Assembly: GCA_963819815.1 (NCBI GenBank) | Contig: CAWFXL010000001.1 | Coordinates: 320,001-384,000, forward strand | Direction of reading: 5' to 3' | DNA from: an uncultured bacterium | GTDB taxonomy: Bacteria; Babelota; Babeliae; Babelales; Babelaceae | Length of the DNA stretch: 64,000 nucleotides | Part shown: positions 52,078 through 61,702 of the stretch, piece by piece | How the letters are laid out: the number at the start of each line of letters is the position of its first letter | How positions within the stretch are numbered: the stretch's first letter is position 1 | The notes under the pieces: model-generated | What the model saw: the letters and a program-made list of their open reading frames with translations, nothing else | Told to the model about the DNA's origin: nothing | Databases searched by the model: none | Program-made: the position numbers and the translations under genes

Positions 52078-52301
52078 GCTTGCCCTTACAAAGTGTACTT
52101 ATTTTTTCTTAATGATAGTGGCTGCTAGTAGTATAGCCCAGTTTTATTTCATGTCCCATGCTTTTTTTAGCGACCTTCAAGAACTTTTTTACAAAATTGT
52201 GCACCAAAAAGTAACATTCTCATCAAAATTCCAGGCCCGGCGCATTACAATAATTTGATAGCAGGTACTTCATTGGCCACACTTTCAGAAACCTTAAAAG
52301 G

Positions 52302-52327
52302 ACATGCCGAGCAGAGGCTCGGCATGT
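52302..52327 (-). terminator. Conserved terminator of the PstS-like family (4)
   Basis: ACATGCCGAGC-agag-GCTCGGCATGT, followed on the minus strand by cctttt. Confidence 0.85.
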
Positions 52328-52357
52328 GAAGAGCTAATATCTTAGTAATAAAGAATC

Positions 52358-53599
52358 TTAGCAGGTTGTGCAGGTTGGACAATTCGGAGTGCAAATTGCA
52401 GGGCTGTCGCAAGGTATGCAAGGTTCAATGCATGGCTCGCAAATGACAGCAGAGATGCTATCAAGAGATTCTCTACTTGCACTTAAGCAAGATTGGGTCA
52501 TTGGAACGAATCCTGGGACGCTAATCTTTTGACCGTCCATAAGTAGGAACTGAATAAACTGACTAAGATTGCACGCAAACCACTCTGTTACCTGTGGACC
52601 AAAGAGGTCTATATATTCAGCGATAACAAGAGGATAGGTTACAATAGCACCAGGAGTTACGTTAGGGTCTTCACTTGGCTGACAGATTAAGTTTGTGCAA
52701 TTTGGATTGTTAATTTGGGCAGCCTGGACGTTGGCGAAATTTGGCCCTACGAAGTGGTTGAGGTTGAAACCATCAGTTAAACCTCCTCCAAGCAAGAAAG
52801 CTGCTGGTAGGGGAAGATTTGGAAACGCAGCTAGGTTAGAACCTGTCCCTATATACCCAATTGAGTCACCCGCTGTTGCTACTCCAGAAATCATGTCTGC
52901 TGAGCTGGATGCCCCGGCGTCAAATTCAAAAAGAGTATTTGGGTTGTTTGTCGGGTTTGGATCGTTAGCAATTACCCTTGAACAATTTCCACAATCATGT
53001 AAATAGGTTGTGAATGCTTGGTTGGTACCGTTGGCATCCGTGCGGGCAAACCTAAACATTTGCGTATTGAGAAGCAAAGTACTGTCAGACACGTTATAGG
53101 GTTTTGCAAGATAGGTTTCCCAATATACAGTCACACCACTCGTATAGATCTGGCAAAGATCAGAAGCTGTTAACCTCAAAACACCATCAACTAGATCAGC
53201 TGGGAGGTGATACACAAAACCAGATGCATTTGTCACTGTAGGGGGTATATTGTAAATGATAGATACCGAAGAAAGAATAAAGGGAATTTGCAAGAAACAA
53301 TCGGGCAAATTCGCAGTTTCACTTGAAGGTGCTTTAAAGTCTGACACGGAAGCATCGAGCATGCCGTTGTACACATCCTTGCGCCCCACAAAATCATCTG
53401 TGAATAATGGCCCTTGTTTATATACAAACGTTGGGCAGGGGAAGATATCATTATAGAGAGCAATTACAGCATCCATATACGCGTTTGCGTTTGAAGAACC
53501 ACCAAGTTTAATGGTGCTTCCAAAACTAGGAGTGAATTTTGCAGAAGCAGAAACGCACGTTAATAATGCTACCGACAAGATAGCTAATTTTTTCATCAT
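52358..53599 (-). CDS. Cys-rich PstS-fold paralog (copy E, intact)
   Basis: IKLGGSS, ASVSD, ARTDANGTNQAFTTYL, SIGYI and YPLV motifs. Cys-Pro tail. Confidence 0.88.
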   Translation of the reverse strand: MMKKLAILSVALLTCVSASAKFTPSFGSTIKLGGSSNANAYMDAVIALYNDIFPCPTFVYKQGPLFTDDFVGRKDVYNGMLDASVSDFKAPSSETANLPDCFLQIPFILSSVSIIYNIPPTVTNASGFVYHLPADLVDGVLRLTASDLCQIYTSGVTVYWETYLAKPYNVSDSTLLLNTQMFRFARTDANGTNQAFTTYLHDCGNCSRVIANDPNPTNNPNTLFEFDAGASSSADMISGVATAGDSIGYIGTGSNLAAFPNLPLPAAFLLGGGLTDGFNLNHFVGPNFANVQAAQINNPNCTNLICQPSEDPNVTPGAIVTYPLVIAEYIDLFGPQVTEWFACNLSQFIQFLLMDGQKISVPGFVPMTQSCLSASRESLDSISAVICEPCIEPCIPCDSPAICTPNCPTCTTC

Positions 53600-53638
53600 A
53601 ATAATCCTTTTTTATTTTTGTGTTTTTTTACTATTTAC

Positions 53639-54871
53639 TTAGCTTACGCATGTTGGGCACGTTGGCACGCAAACTTTTGGGCTATCGCATGGTACGCAAG
53701 GTTCAATGCACGGCTTGCAAATTCCCGTAGAGATGCTATCAAGTTGTTCCTTGCTTGCACATAGACAGTCTTGAGTCATCGGAACGAATCCTGGAACGCC
53801 TAGCCTTTGCCCTTGGCTAAGCAGGAACAGGGTAAACTGTGAAAGATTGCATGCAATCCCTTTTGTTGACTGTGTACCAAAGAGGTCAATAAATTCAGCG
53901 GTAACAAGAGGATAGGTTACAATAGCACCAGGAGTTACTCTAGGGTCTGCACTTGGCTGACAGAGTAAGTTTGTACAATTCGGGTTACCGATTTGTGCAG
54001 CCTGTACGCTAGCATCATTTGGCCCTACGAAGTCTTCGAGGAAAGTACTAAGACCTGCTCCTTGCAAGAAAGCTGCTGGAAGATTTGGAAACGAAGCTAG
54101 GTTAGCCCCTGTTATTACATAACCAAGTGAGTGAGGCGTTATCGCTACGTCAGAAATCATGTCTGCCGAGCTGGATGCTCCGCCGGCAGATGTAAATAAA
54201 GTATTTGGGTTGTTTGCTGGGTTTGGATCGTTAGCAATTACACCTGAACAGTTTCCACAATCATGTAAATAGGTTGTGAATGCTTGGTTGATACCAGAGG
54301 CATCATTGCGAGCAAACTGAAATAACCGAGTTGACGATGATGACCCGCCCGTGAAACTATCGTTTAAGTTATAGGGTCTTGCAAGATAGGTTTCCCATGT
54401 ATTAAAAACATTCGTATAGATCTCACAAAGATCTGCAGCAGTTAACCTTAAAACACCATCAGTAAGATCAGCTGGGAGGTGATACACAAAACCAGATGCA
54501 TCCGTCACCGTAGCTGGTAAAGTATAGATAATAGACACTGAAGAAAGAATAAAGGGAATTTGCAAGAAACAATCGGGCAAATTCGCAGTTTCACTTGAAG
54601 GTGCTTTAAAGTCTGAAACGGAAGCGTTGAGCAATCCATTGTACACGGCCTGGCGCCCCACTATATCATCTGAGAATAGTGTCCCTTGCTTATACACAAA
54701 CGTTGGGCAGGGGAAAATTGAGTTATAGAGAGCAATAGCAGCATCCATGTATCCTTCTGCGGCCTCAGAACCACCAAGTTTAATGGTGCTTCCAAAACTA
54801 GGCGCAAATTTTGCTGAAGTTGAAACACACGTTAATAACGCTACCGACAAGATAGCTAATTTTTTCATCAT
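53639..54871 (-). CDS. Cys-rich PstS-fold paralog (copy F, intact; likely co-transcribed with E)
   Basis: ARNDASGINQAFTTYL motif. Only a 39-bp gap to copy E, with no terminator between them. Confidence 0.88.
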   Translation of the reverse strand: MMKKLAILSVALLTCVSTSAKFAPSFGSTIKLGGSEAAEGYMDAAIALYNSIFPCPTFVYKQGTLFSDDIVGRQAVYNGLLNASVSDFKAPSSETANLPDCFLQIPFILSSVSIIYTLPATVTDASGFVYHLPADLTDGVLRLTAADLCEIYTNVFNTWETYLARPYNLNDSFTGGSSSSTRLFQFARNDASGINQAFTTYLHDCGNCSGVIANDPNPANNPNTLFTSAGGASSSADMISDVAITPHSLGYVITGANLASFPNLPAAFLQGAGLSTFLEDFVGPNDASVQAAQIGNPNCTNLLCQPSADPRVTPGAIVTYPLVTAEFIDLFGTQSTKGIACNLSQFTLFLLSQGQRLGVPGFVPMTQDCLCASKEQLDSISTGICKPCIEPCVPCDSPKVCVPTCPTCVS

Positions 54872-54914
54872 AATAATCCTTTTTTGTTTTATTTTGTTCT
54901 TATAGTTTATGTAC

Positions 54915-55008
54915 AGGTAATTGCAGGTCCTCCCACCTACGTTCTAATTGTAATACAGATAATTACTCTTCATTATTTACTATAAACAATTAGCTAGTAT
55001 AAAATCAA
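54915..55008 (-). promoter_or_regulatory. Conserved promoter and 5' leader hairpin (copy F)
   Basis: TTGATT-N18-TATAGT and hairpin GTAGGT-GGGAGG-ACCTGC. Confidence 0.7.
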
Positions 55009-55474
55009 TAAACTATGTTGAATTTTTTTTAAATAAACACCCTAGTAGAAATTTTCAATAAGCAACTGACTTTGTTGCAATAAGCAGTGATAGAAAGAGT
55101 ACGGAGATAGTGGAAATACGTGGATGAGAGCATGAGCGAAGCACAATCTTGGAAAGCGCATACCTAAGATGGCTTTCACGAATGGCTCGTTCAGGCAAGA
55201 TCATAGAGTCCTATCGGGAGAGCACGAAGAGAAACTCGATAAAGTATCTTCTTAGACGCGTAATATCTGCTCAATGTTTTCTAATAGAATGCCTTTCAAT
55301 AATAACTTGCTAGCTAGTTTGCTCACTTATTCCTTATCTATAATAACTCACGAGGTTCCCTGGTCCAATTAAGGTCTGTTTCGGCACACCTGGTATCATG
55401 GTGTAAGAACATGCCGTCTCTCTTCCTCCAAAGAGATCTTAAAAAGAGTGGTCTCAAGCGATTACACCAAGAGA

Positions 55475-56893
55475 TCATTCGAAGTATGCCTTCCATAGCA
55501 TATTTTTAAAGCGACGACCTGGATCATAGGTATCCTTAAGCTCTCGAAAGCGCTGAGTATTCTTATACACTCTATGAAACTGCTCAGGGGTTGCACATAT
55601 CACATAGGGTAGATAATAGGTTCCATCAAGTGCGAGAATCTTATCGATGACCTCTTGAGTCCAGCGACAGAGTTTTTTCTTGCCAGCTTCCGAGTTACGT
55701 ACGTTAATATAGAGAACAAAAGCAAAGGAGTCCTCGGGAGCATAGGATAACAGGGCTTCAGAGTCCTTAGGTACATACCGTATTGACAGATTAAGGACAT
55801 TCACCTGGTGCTTATTGAGTACTTCAGTTAAAGCCGCAAGAGCTTCTTGATAGCGTTCCACGGGAACAAAGTACTCTTGTAACGTCATAGTTGTTGGGTA
55901 ATGGAGCGACATTGCTAATTGCTTAATGCTATAACTCATTTCATAATTCCGTAATACAACTTCCTTCTTAACGTGAGAAAACTTGCTAACCAAGGAGCGC
56001 ACCTTATGCAAAAAGGGTAACCGTCTAATCAGAACCTCAAGGGTTCTTTTTGGTGCATAATTGATCGGATCACTTTGTAATCGTGCTTGTATGGTAAGAG
56101 GATGAGTGCTCTTCCGCCAGGTAATACTTACAGCTTCGTTAAAGCTCATAGGAAATATATCAGCATTCTGAAATACCACTGTCGTATCCTTCTTAAGCTG
56201 TGAAAACACCCCTGGATACTGTACTGGATCAACTGGGCTCACCAATCTTTCAAGCCGTACGTTATCGGTCAAGGATAGGGTAGCGGTGACGATTACTCCC
56301 ATTAATCCATATCCACCAACCGCAGCAAAGAAAAGGTCGGAATTTTCAGAGCGGCTTGCTTGAACCATACTGCCATCTGCTAGGAGAAGGGTGATCGATT
56401 CGACCGTACTCAATAACGATCCATAGTGCATATCGCGTGCATGAACATTTACACTTAAGCTGCCGCCCACAGAAAAGTCATCAAATGATTGCATGACTTT
56501 CACCGAAAGATCGTATGGATCTAAATATTCCAAAATTGAGCGCCATGTTGCCCCAGCTTCAACGGTTACCAGTTTTCTCCCTACGTCAAGATCGATTATG
56601 CGTGACAGAGCTGACATGTCGAGTACTATTGCCCCAGGATATGCTGTTTGACCACCTTGGGACCAACGAGCGCCTGCTATAGATAGAGTTTTCTTAGTTC
56701 CTGTGACCAGCTTTCTCAATTCCTCAATAGTAGTTGGTCGCTCAATACTCGCAACTTCAATTGCAGTAAGATCAGATCGATCAATGAACCTGATAGACTT
56801 ATTTCTCAGGTATAGATAACCAGCAGCTATCAGACAACAAAGTCCGACGATGAGCACGGCAAAAAATCTTTTAGTGTGAGAAAGGGTAACCAT
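55475..56893 (-). CDS. FAD-binding (PCMH-type) oxidoreductase with N-terminal membrane anchor
   Basis: SIAGARWSQGGQ, VTVEAGATW, FSVGGSLSVNVH, GGYGLMGVI, QEYFVP and YDP motifs (ALO/DprE1-like superfamily). Confidence 0.88.
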   Translation of the reverse strand: MVTLSHTKRFFAVLIVGLCCLIAAGYLYLRNKSIRFIDRSDLTAIEVASIERPTTIEELRKLVTGTKKTLSIAGARWSQGGQTAYPGAIVLDMSALSRIIDLDVGRKLVTVEAGATWRSILEYLDPYDLSVKVMQSFDDFSVGGSLSVNVHARDMHYGSLLSTVESITLLLADGSMVQASRSENSDLFFAAVGGYGLMGVIVTATLSLTDNVRLERLVSPVDPVQYPGVFSQLKKDTTVVFQNADIFPMSFNEAVSITWRKSTHPLTIQARLQSDPINYAPKRTLEVLIRRLPFLHKVRSLVSKFSHVKKEVVLRNYEMSYSIKQLAMSLHYPTTMTLQEYFVPVERYQEALAALTEVLNKHQVNVLNLSIRYVPKDSEALLSYAPEDSFAFVLYINVRNSEAGKKKLCRWTQEVIDKILALDGTYYLPYVICATPEQFHRVYKNTQRFRELKDTYDPGRRFKNMLWKAYFE

Positions 56894-57385
56894 GTTTCTT
56901 AATTCCTAGTTGGACATATAGAGAGTCTGACACGTCTCCTAGAAGGCGTTTTCATAGAATGAAACCTAGCATTAACGGAAGTTTCTTGCAAGAAACTCTT
57001 AAAGATGCCCTCAGATCTATCTAGCTTAGGCAGCATACGTCATCTGAAGACCTACTGTCTCACTATCCAGAACTTCCCAATCATAATGGCTCATATTACG
57101 ATTGCAGGTCCTAAGAATGTGAAAAGTAGATAAGGCAAGAAAAGAACTTTTCTTAATTAAAGAGGATCCATTTCACTTTTGCTATGGTGATAACTAGTAG
57201 ATCAACACCGAAGAAGCAGCATAGCACCAATATTTCTATCTTGTGCACATCCCTGCTTTACAAAAAGAGCGCTAACAGCTGACAATTTGGGGACCTGGTT
57301 GCTGTTTGAGTATTCTTTAGTATAATCAGTATAGTAGATCAACCGATAAGTCCAATCTCAAGATTAATCTATAGAGGAGCACACT

Positions 57386-57907
57386 ATGATCACGAAGACC
57401 TTACTTAACAGTATAGTTTGTACTGCCCTTATGATGGGTAGTTCGATTTTTGCCGACCAAGCTACTGAAAAGCTCAATAAGCTTGAAGCCGAAGCCAATG
57501 CACGCTTAGACAAACTTTCAATTACCGACGCAAAAGACGGCAAGAGAAGGCTTATAACCATCGCTGGCTTTGAAAAACTAAGCAAAAATGATATTGGAGA
57601 AATAGTAAAGAGAGGCGATTTTTGGTATGGCTCAATAAACCAAGAGGCTGCTTCGGTTGGAATCGAGTTCGTCATCCATCCGCTAGGAATGATACTTAAG
57701 TACGAGACTACCTTGATGGATAAAGACACCAATACTAACTATTCATTTACCAGAACAAGTACGATAACATGGCCCTTTTTTACGTATCAAGTACTATTAG
57801 ATACCTTAAAGTTTGATAGTTATAATGCACATTCACTAACATTAAGCTTTGAAGAAGTAGATACACCTAAGACCCAACAGCTTCTTTCGGTACCAGCTAC
57901 TCATTAA
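57386..57907 (+). CDS. Hypothetical exported protein
   Basis: GAGGAG RBS, signal peptide, downstream hairpin. Confidence 0.75.
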   Translation: MITKTLLNSIVCTALMMGSSIFADQATEKLNKLEAEANARLDKLSITDAKDGKRRLITIAGFEKLSKNDIGEIVKRGDFWYGSINQEAASVGIEFVIHPLGMILKYETTLMDKDTNTNYSFTRTSTITWPFFTYQVLLDTLKFDSYNAHSLTLSFEEVDTPKTQQLLSVPATH

Positions 57908-57930
57908 TACTTAGTTCTCATGATGATTTC

Positions 57931-57956
57931 ATACAGCTGGGTTAGCCCAGCTGTAT
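57931..57956 (+). terminator. Terminator-like hairpin
   Basis: ATACAGCTGGG-ttag-CCCAGCTGTAT. Confidence 0.7.
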
Positions 57957-58096
57957 TGTTATGAACGGTATTTTCAGCATAATTTTGTTGCTCCTGATTC
58001 ATAGGCACATCCAGAAGACCGTTTCCAACCAGGTATCTGATATACACTGATCATTTCTTATGATCAGTGTATATGCTAGTTCTTTCCGGGGTGATT

Positions 58097-58222
58097 ATAA
58101 GTTCAATATATAACATCTTTATAAGTTGTACGTATACCATTATTGACTTCATATAAGTACAAGTTATACTATCTTTATAGATTGAACATATAGAAAAAAG
58201 AAATCACATAAGTACAACTTAT
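58097..58222 (+). promoter_or_regulatory. Promoter overlapped by five palindromic operator-like sites
   Basis: ATAAGT-N3-ACTTAT-like sites at 58097, 58121, 58153, 58177 and 58208. TTGACT (58143) -N16- TATACT (58165). Confidence 0.7.
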
Positions 58223-58238
58223 AATGGGATCAAGGTAA

Positions 58239-59681
58239 ATGATTATTGGTAGAAAGAAAGAACAGAAGCAACTAGAACGAGTTTATAAATCAAAAGAGGC
58301 AGAGTTTATCACTATTTATGGGCGACGCCGTGTTGGAAAAACTTATCTAATTAGGGAATTCTTTGCCAAAAAAGATTGTGTGTTTTTTCATACCACAGGT
58401 ATGCAAAATGGGAGCTTTAAGGACCAGCTTAAAAAATTTGCAGAAGCATTATCGTCAACATTTTTTAATAAGGCCTCCATAAAACCCCCAAACAACTGGG
58501 GGGATCTTTTTGCTCTATTGCATAGTGAAATACTGAAAACGGATAAAAAGATTGTCATATTTTTAGATGAGCTTCCTTGGATGGCGACCAGGAAATCGAA
58601 GCTTATGCAGGAAATTTCGTATTACTGGAATCAATATTGGGCCATGATGCCACGTGTTATCCTCATTGTGTGCGGCTCTTCCGCATCTTGGCTTATAAAG
58701 AAAGTTATTTACAATAAAGGAGGGTTGCATAATCGCACAACGCTGCAGATAAGATTATTACCCTTTAATCTTGCTGAAACAAATGATTATCTAAACTCAA
58801 GAGGTATACACCTTACCCATCAACATGTTCTTTCAATATATATGACCTTTGGGGGCACTCCCTATTATCTTAAATACATCGAGTCTGGTCTTACCGCGCA
58901 ACAAAATATTCAAAAGCTTATTTTTGACAAGAATGCTCCGCTACATGATGAATTTAACGTGTTATTCGATTCCTTGTTTGACGGTGCAGATGCCTATAAA
59001 GAAATCATTGAACTTATAGCTCAAAAAAAAGAAGGGATGTCCAGGGCTGAATTAAGTTCTGTGGTTAAGCTTACAACACATGGGGGTAGTCTATCACAAA
59101 GAATTAAAGATCTTTGCGATGCTGGATTTATTGAAGAGTATATTCCTTGGAGCCGAATACGAGGAGAGTACTACAAAGTAATCGATGAATTTTGCCTTTT
59201 TTATGTTCAGTGGATCCAATCTGCTCAAGGAAAAAGACGCGAGAAAAATTTCTGGATTCACCAAAGTCAGCGTCCTTCGTACTATGCATGGAGTGGATAT
59301 GCTTTTGAGGCAGTATGTATGAAGCACATTGATCAAATAATTGATGCCCTAAAAATTCCAATGGTTCGCTCTATAGGATCATGGCGCTATATCCCTAGAA
59401 GCCGAAAAGAAAATGGTGCTCAAATTGACCTCATTATAGACAGGTTTGATAACGCGATAACTGTTTGCGAGATTAAGTATACCGATCAGCCTTTTATTCT
59501 TGACAAACAATATGCTTCAAAAATACAACGGATACTCAAAATTTTTAAGCAGAAAGCACACATTGATAAACCCATTTTCTTGGCATTTGTTTCGGCAAGT
59601 GGACTTAAAGAGACTATCTACAGCGAAGAAATGGTAACAGGGATTGCTACGCTTGAAAATCTATTTGAAGAAGCTGATTAA
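58239..59681 (+). CDS. AAA+ ATPase (archaeal-type ATPase_2) with wHTH and C-terminal DUF234/PD-(D/E)xK nuclease-like domain
   Basis: IIGRKKE, Walker A YGRRRVGKT, Walker B IFLDELPW, CGSSAS, GGTPYYL, GYAFEAVC, and QIDLIIDR..VCEIKY. Confidence 0.9.
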   Translation: MIIGRKKEQKQLERVYKSKEAEFITIYGRRRVGKTYLIREFFAKKDCVFFHTTGMQNGSFKDQLKKFAEALSSTFFNKASIKPPNNWGDLFALLHSEILKTDKKIVIFLDELPWMATRKSKLMQEISYYWNQYWAMMPRVILIVCGSSASWLIKKVIYNKGGLHNRTTLQIRLLPFNLAETNDYLNSRGIHLTHQHVLSIYMTFGGTPYYLKYIESGLTAQQNIQKLIFDKNAPLHDEFNVLFDSLFDGADAYKEIIELIAQKKEGMSRAELSSVVKLTTHGGSLSQRIKDLCDAGFIEEYIPWSRIRGEYYKVIDEFCLFYVQWIQSAQGKRREKNFWIHQSQRPSYYAWSGYAFEAVCMKHIDQIIDALKIPMVRSIGSWRYIPRSRKENGAQIDLIIDRFDNAITVCEIKYTDQPFILDKQYASKIQRILKIFKQKAHIDKPIFLAFVSASGLKETIYSEEMVTGIATLENLFEEAD

Positions 59682-59833
59682 ATGTATAGTGCGAAGTGAA
59701 TCCTCTTTAACTCCGTAGGATTCTACGAACTTTGGGCTGAATCCAGGTTGTGCTATAGTCTCTAATCAATCACGGTTTCGCCGTCCATAATTTCCCATAT
59801 AGCTACCTAATAACAGTCCGAAACCACAATTCC

Positions 59834-60283
59834 TCAAGAATCTACGTCTAGTCCCATATGTTTTGCAATAAGCTTAAAGTCTTCTTCAGATAAGGAAAAA
59901 ACTCCGCGCCTAAAAGGCATTCCCCAATATTTTTTGTTGGCAATACAAGAAAGAAGGGGGATAAGCTCTTTGATAGCAACCTCTCTAACAGGTGTATATA
60001 TCACATGTCTGCGCCAAGGAGCCTGTTCACCAAACTCATTCTCCTGGTAAGGAGGATCTGGTTGTATAGTTCCAAGAGCAGTAAACTTTTGATAAGGCTT
60101 TTTCTCGCCATAGATTCTTGTAGGAGAGTAATAAATGATTTTATCGTCTGGCTTCATAGCTTTTAGGGGAGCTACTTTCCCATGACAGATTTGAGCGAAC
60201 TCCTCTTGCATTCCTAACTGAACATGCTCCTGGCTTGCAACAGCCATCCAGTATTTTCGTGCCGCAGGTGCTGTAGACTTCAT
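59834..60283 (-). CDS. EVE-domain (PUA-like) protein
   Basis: YWMAVASQEHVQLG..QICHGK..PLKAMKPDD.IIYYSP..FTALG motif pattern. Confidence 0.85.
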   Translation of the reverse strand: MKSTAPAARKYWMAVASQEHVQLGMQEEFAQICHGKVAPLKAMKPDDKIIYYSPTRIYGEKKPYQKFTALGTIQPDPPYQENEFGEQAPWRRHVIYTPVREVAIKELIPLLSCIANKKYWGMPFRRGVFSLSEEDFKLIAKHMGLDVDS

Positions 60284-60614
60284 CGCTTGCTCAATTCAAT
60301 AAAAATGATCCTAGTGTTTTTCTCTGTCGCTTCTTACTCATCTGGGGGCAATTTTCTAGCACATCTACTCCAAAGACGTTTACGTATCCTCATCTTATCT
60401 TTTTAAACTGTTTTTATACCTCCGTCCATACGGAAACTGTAGCACGTTCATATCGTCTTGTTAATTTTTTTATTGGCAAGGGTAAGAGCTTCGTCTCGAA
60501 CTCATATTTTTGGTCGTTAATCTTGATTTGCAGAAAGAAATAGGTTAGCATTCCTTAGATGGGGCGTACCTTATGGCCCCTAAGATAATTCCAATCAAAA
60601 CATTTTAAGGAGAA

Positions 60615-60779
60615 ATGATGACGTTAGATTGGGTAATAATTTTTTTTATTCTTGCTATAGTAGCAGCTGCGCTGGGCTTCACAGGAATAGCAGGCGATCT
60701 TGCTTGGGTAGCAAAAATTCTTTTCATTGTTTTCTTAGTACTGTTATTACTCTCATTTTTGAGAGGCCGCAGTCTTTGA
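60615..60779 (+). CDS. DUF1328 (YtjA/UPF0391) small membrane protein, 54 aa, absent from the ORF track
   Basis: AAGGAG RBS. Translation [54 protein letters not shown]. Confidence 0.9.
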   Translation: MMTLDWVIIFFILAIVAAALGFTGIAGDLAWVAKILFIVFLVLLLLSFLRGRSL

Positions 60780-61434
60780 GAAATAGGATCACCAAAGAGA
60801 AGAAGGGTGCTCACTAAATCTTCCCAGAGCGTTGCTCATTTGCCCAGGCTGGCACTAATCTTAAAATATCATCTGGCCGGGGGAGATCCCAGCTAACTGA
60901 AAACTATTAGTGTTATTTCTTCGATGATGTTTAGCGAATCATACGAGTAACTTCTTCACCACAACTTTTCAGTGCATGTTCTAACATTATCGATAACTTC
61001 TCTTTTTGAGACTGGCTTCCTGCTAAGCGGTTGAATTCATGGCTATCATGGCTTCTATAGGTACTGAGACACTAAACAGTGGAGTGAGAATTATTATCTT
61101 TGGGTCTATGGGCCTCCTTATGCTGTTTTTTTATGAAACTACTGAGCCCAATCTTTGCCATCGCAGTCTTGTTAATTTGCTCAAACGTTATCACGTAATG
61201 GGACATAGCAATTCCTAGTAATTATATCCATTGTCCATAATTCTTATGGGATACCTTCTCACGAACCAGTTATAGATAGGGGACTCGAGCGCTTTAGCTT
61301 GAGATCTTTTTAATCAAGAGAAAAGCACATCCATACGGAAATATTGAAAAACAACTGGACAAATAGCCATAAAAGTGCATACTTATTTATAACTAACATA
61401 CAAAATCGTCATCTGGCTTAAGGAATAAATTCCC

Positions 61435-61635
61435 ATGAAAAGGCTCGCACTCAATCTTTTGATCTTTGGGCTCTTGATGCCACAAGCTCTTCATGCTATG
61501 ACAAACTCAGCTGCCCTGCCTCAAGCAAGGAGAACTAAATCTGAAGCTATTTTGGAGCTTGGACTGGCATACTTAGCGATGAAATATGTGGAAGGGTTAT
61601 TTGAGGATAGAATTCAGAATTTAATTGAAAAGTAA
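61435..61635 (+). CDS. Small exported protein (possibly a truncated remnant)
   Basis: AAGGA RBS. Signal peptide MKRLALNLLIFGLLMPQALHAM. Confidence 0.55.
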   Translation: MKRLALNLLIFGLLMPQALHAMTNSAALPQARRTKSEAILELGLAYLAMKYVEGLFEDRIQNLIEK

Positions 61636-61702
61636 TACTCTGTCATTATGTATGATACATACTACAAAGTTAAAAAATATAGTTTAGAAGGTAGGACTTA
61701 TC

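Noticed and set aside
41344..52327. Repeated palindromes as a CRISPR array
   Set aside because: Copies are kilobases apart, each follows a stop codon, and there are no spacers or cas genes.
43577..54871. LLTC in the leaders of copies C-F as a lipoprotein lipobox
   Set aside because: Poor lipobox match. Copy B has Ser at this position, and an (A/V/T)-S-A signal peptidase I site follows in all of these copies.
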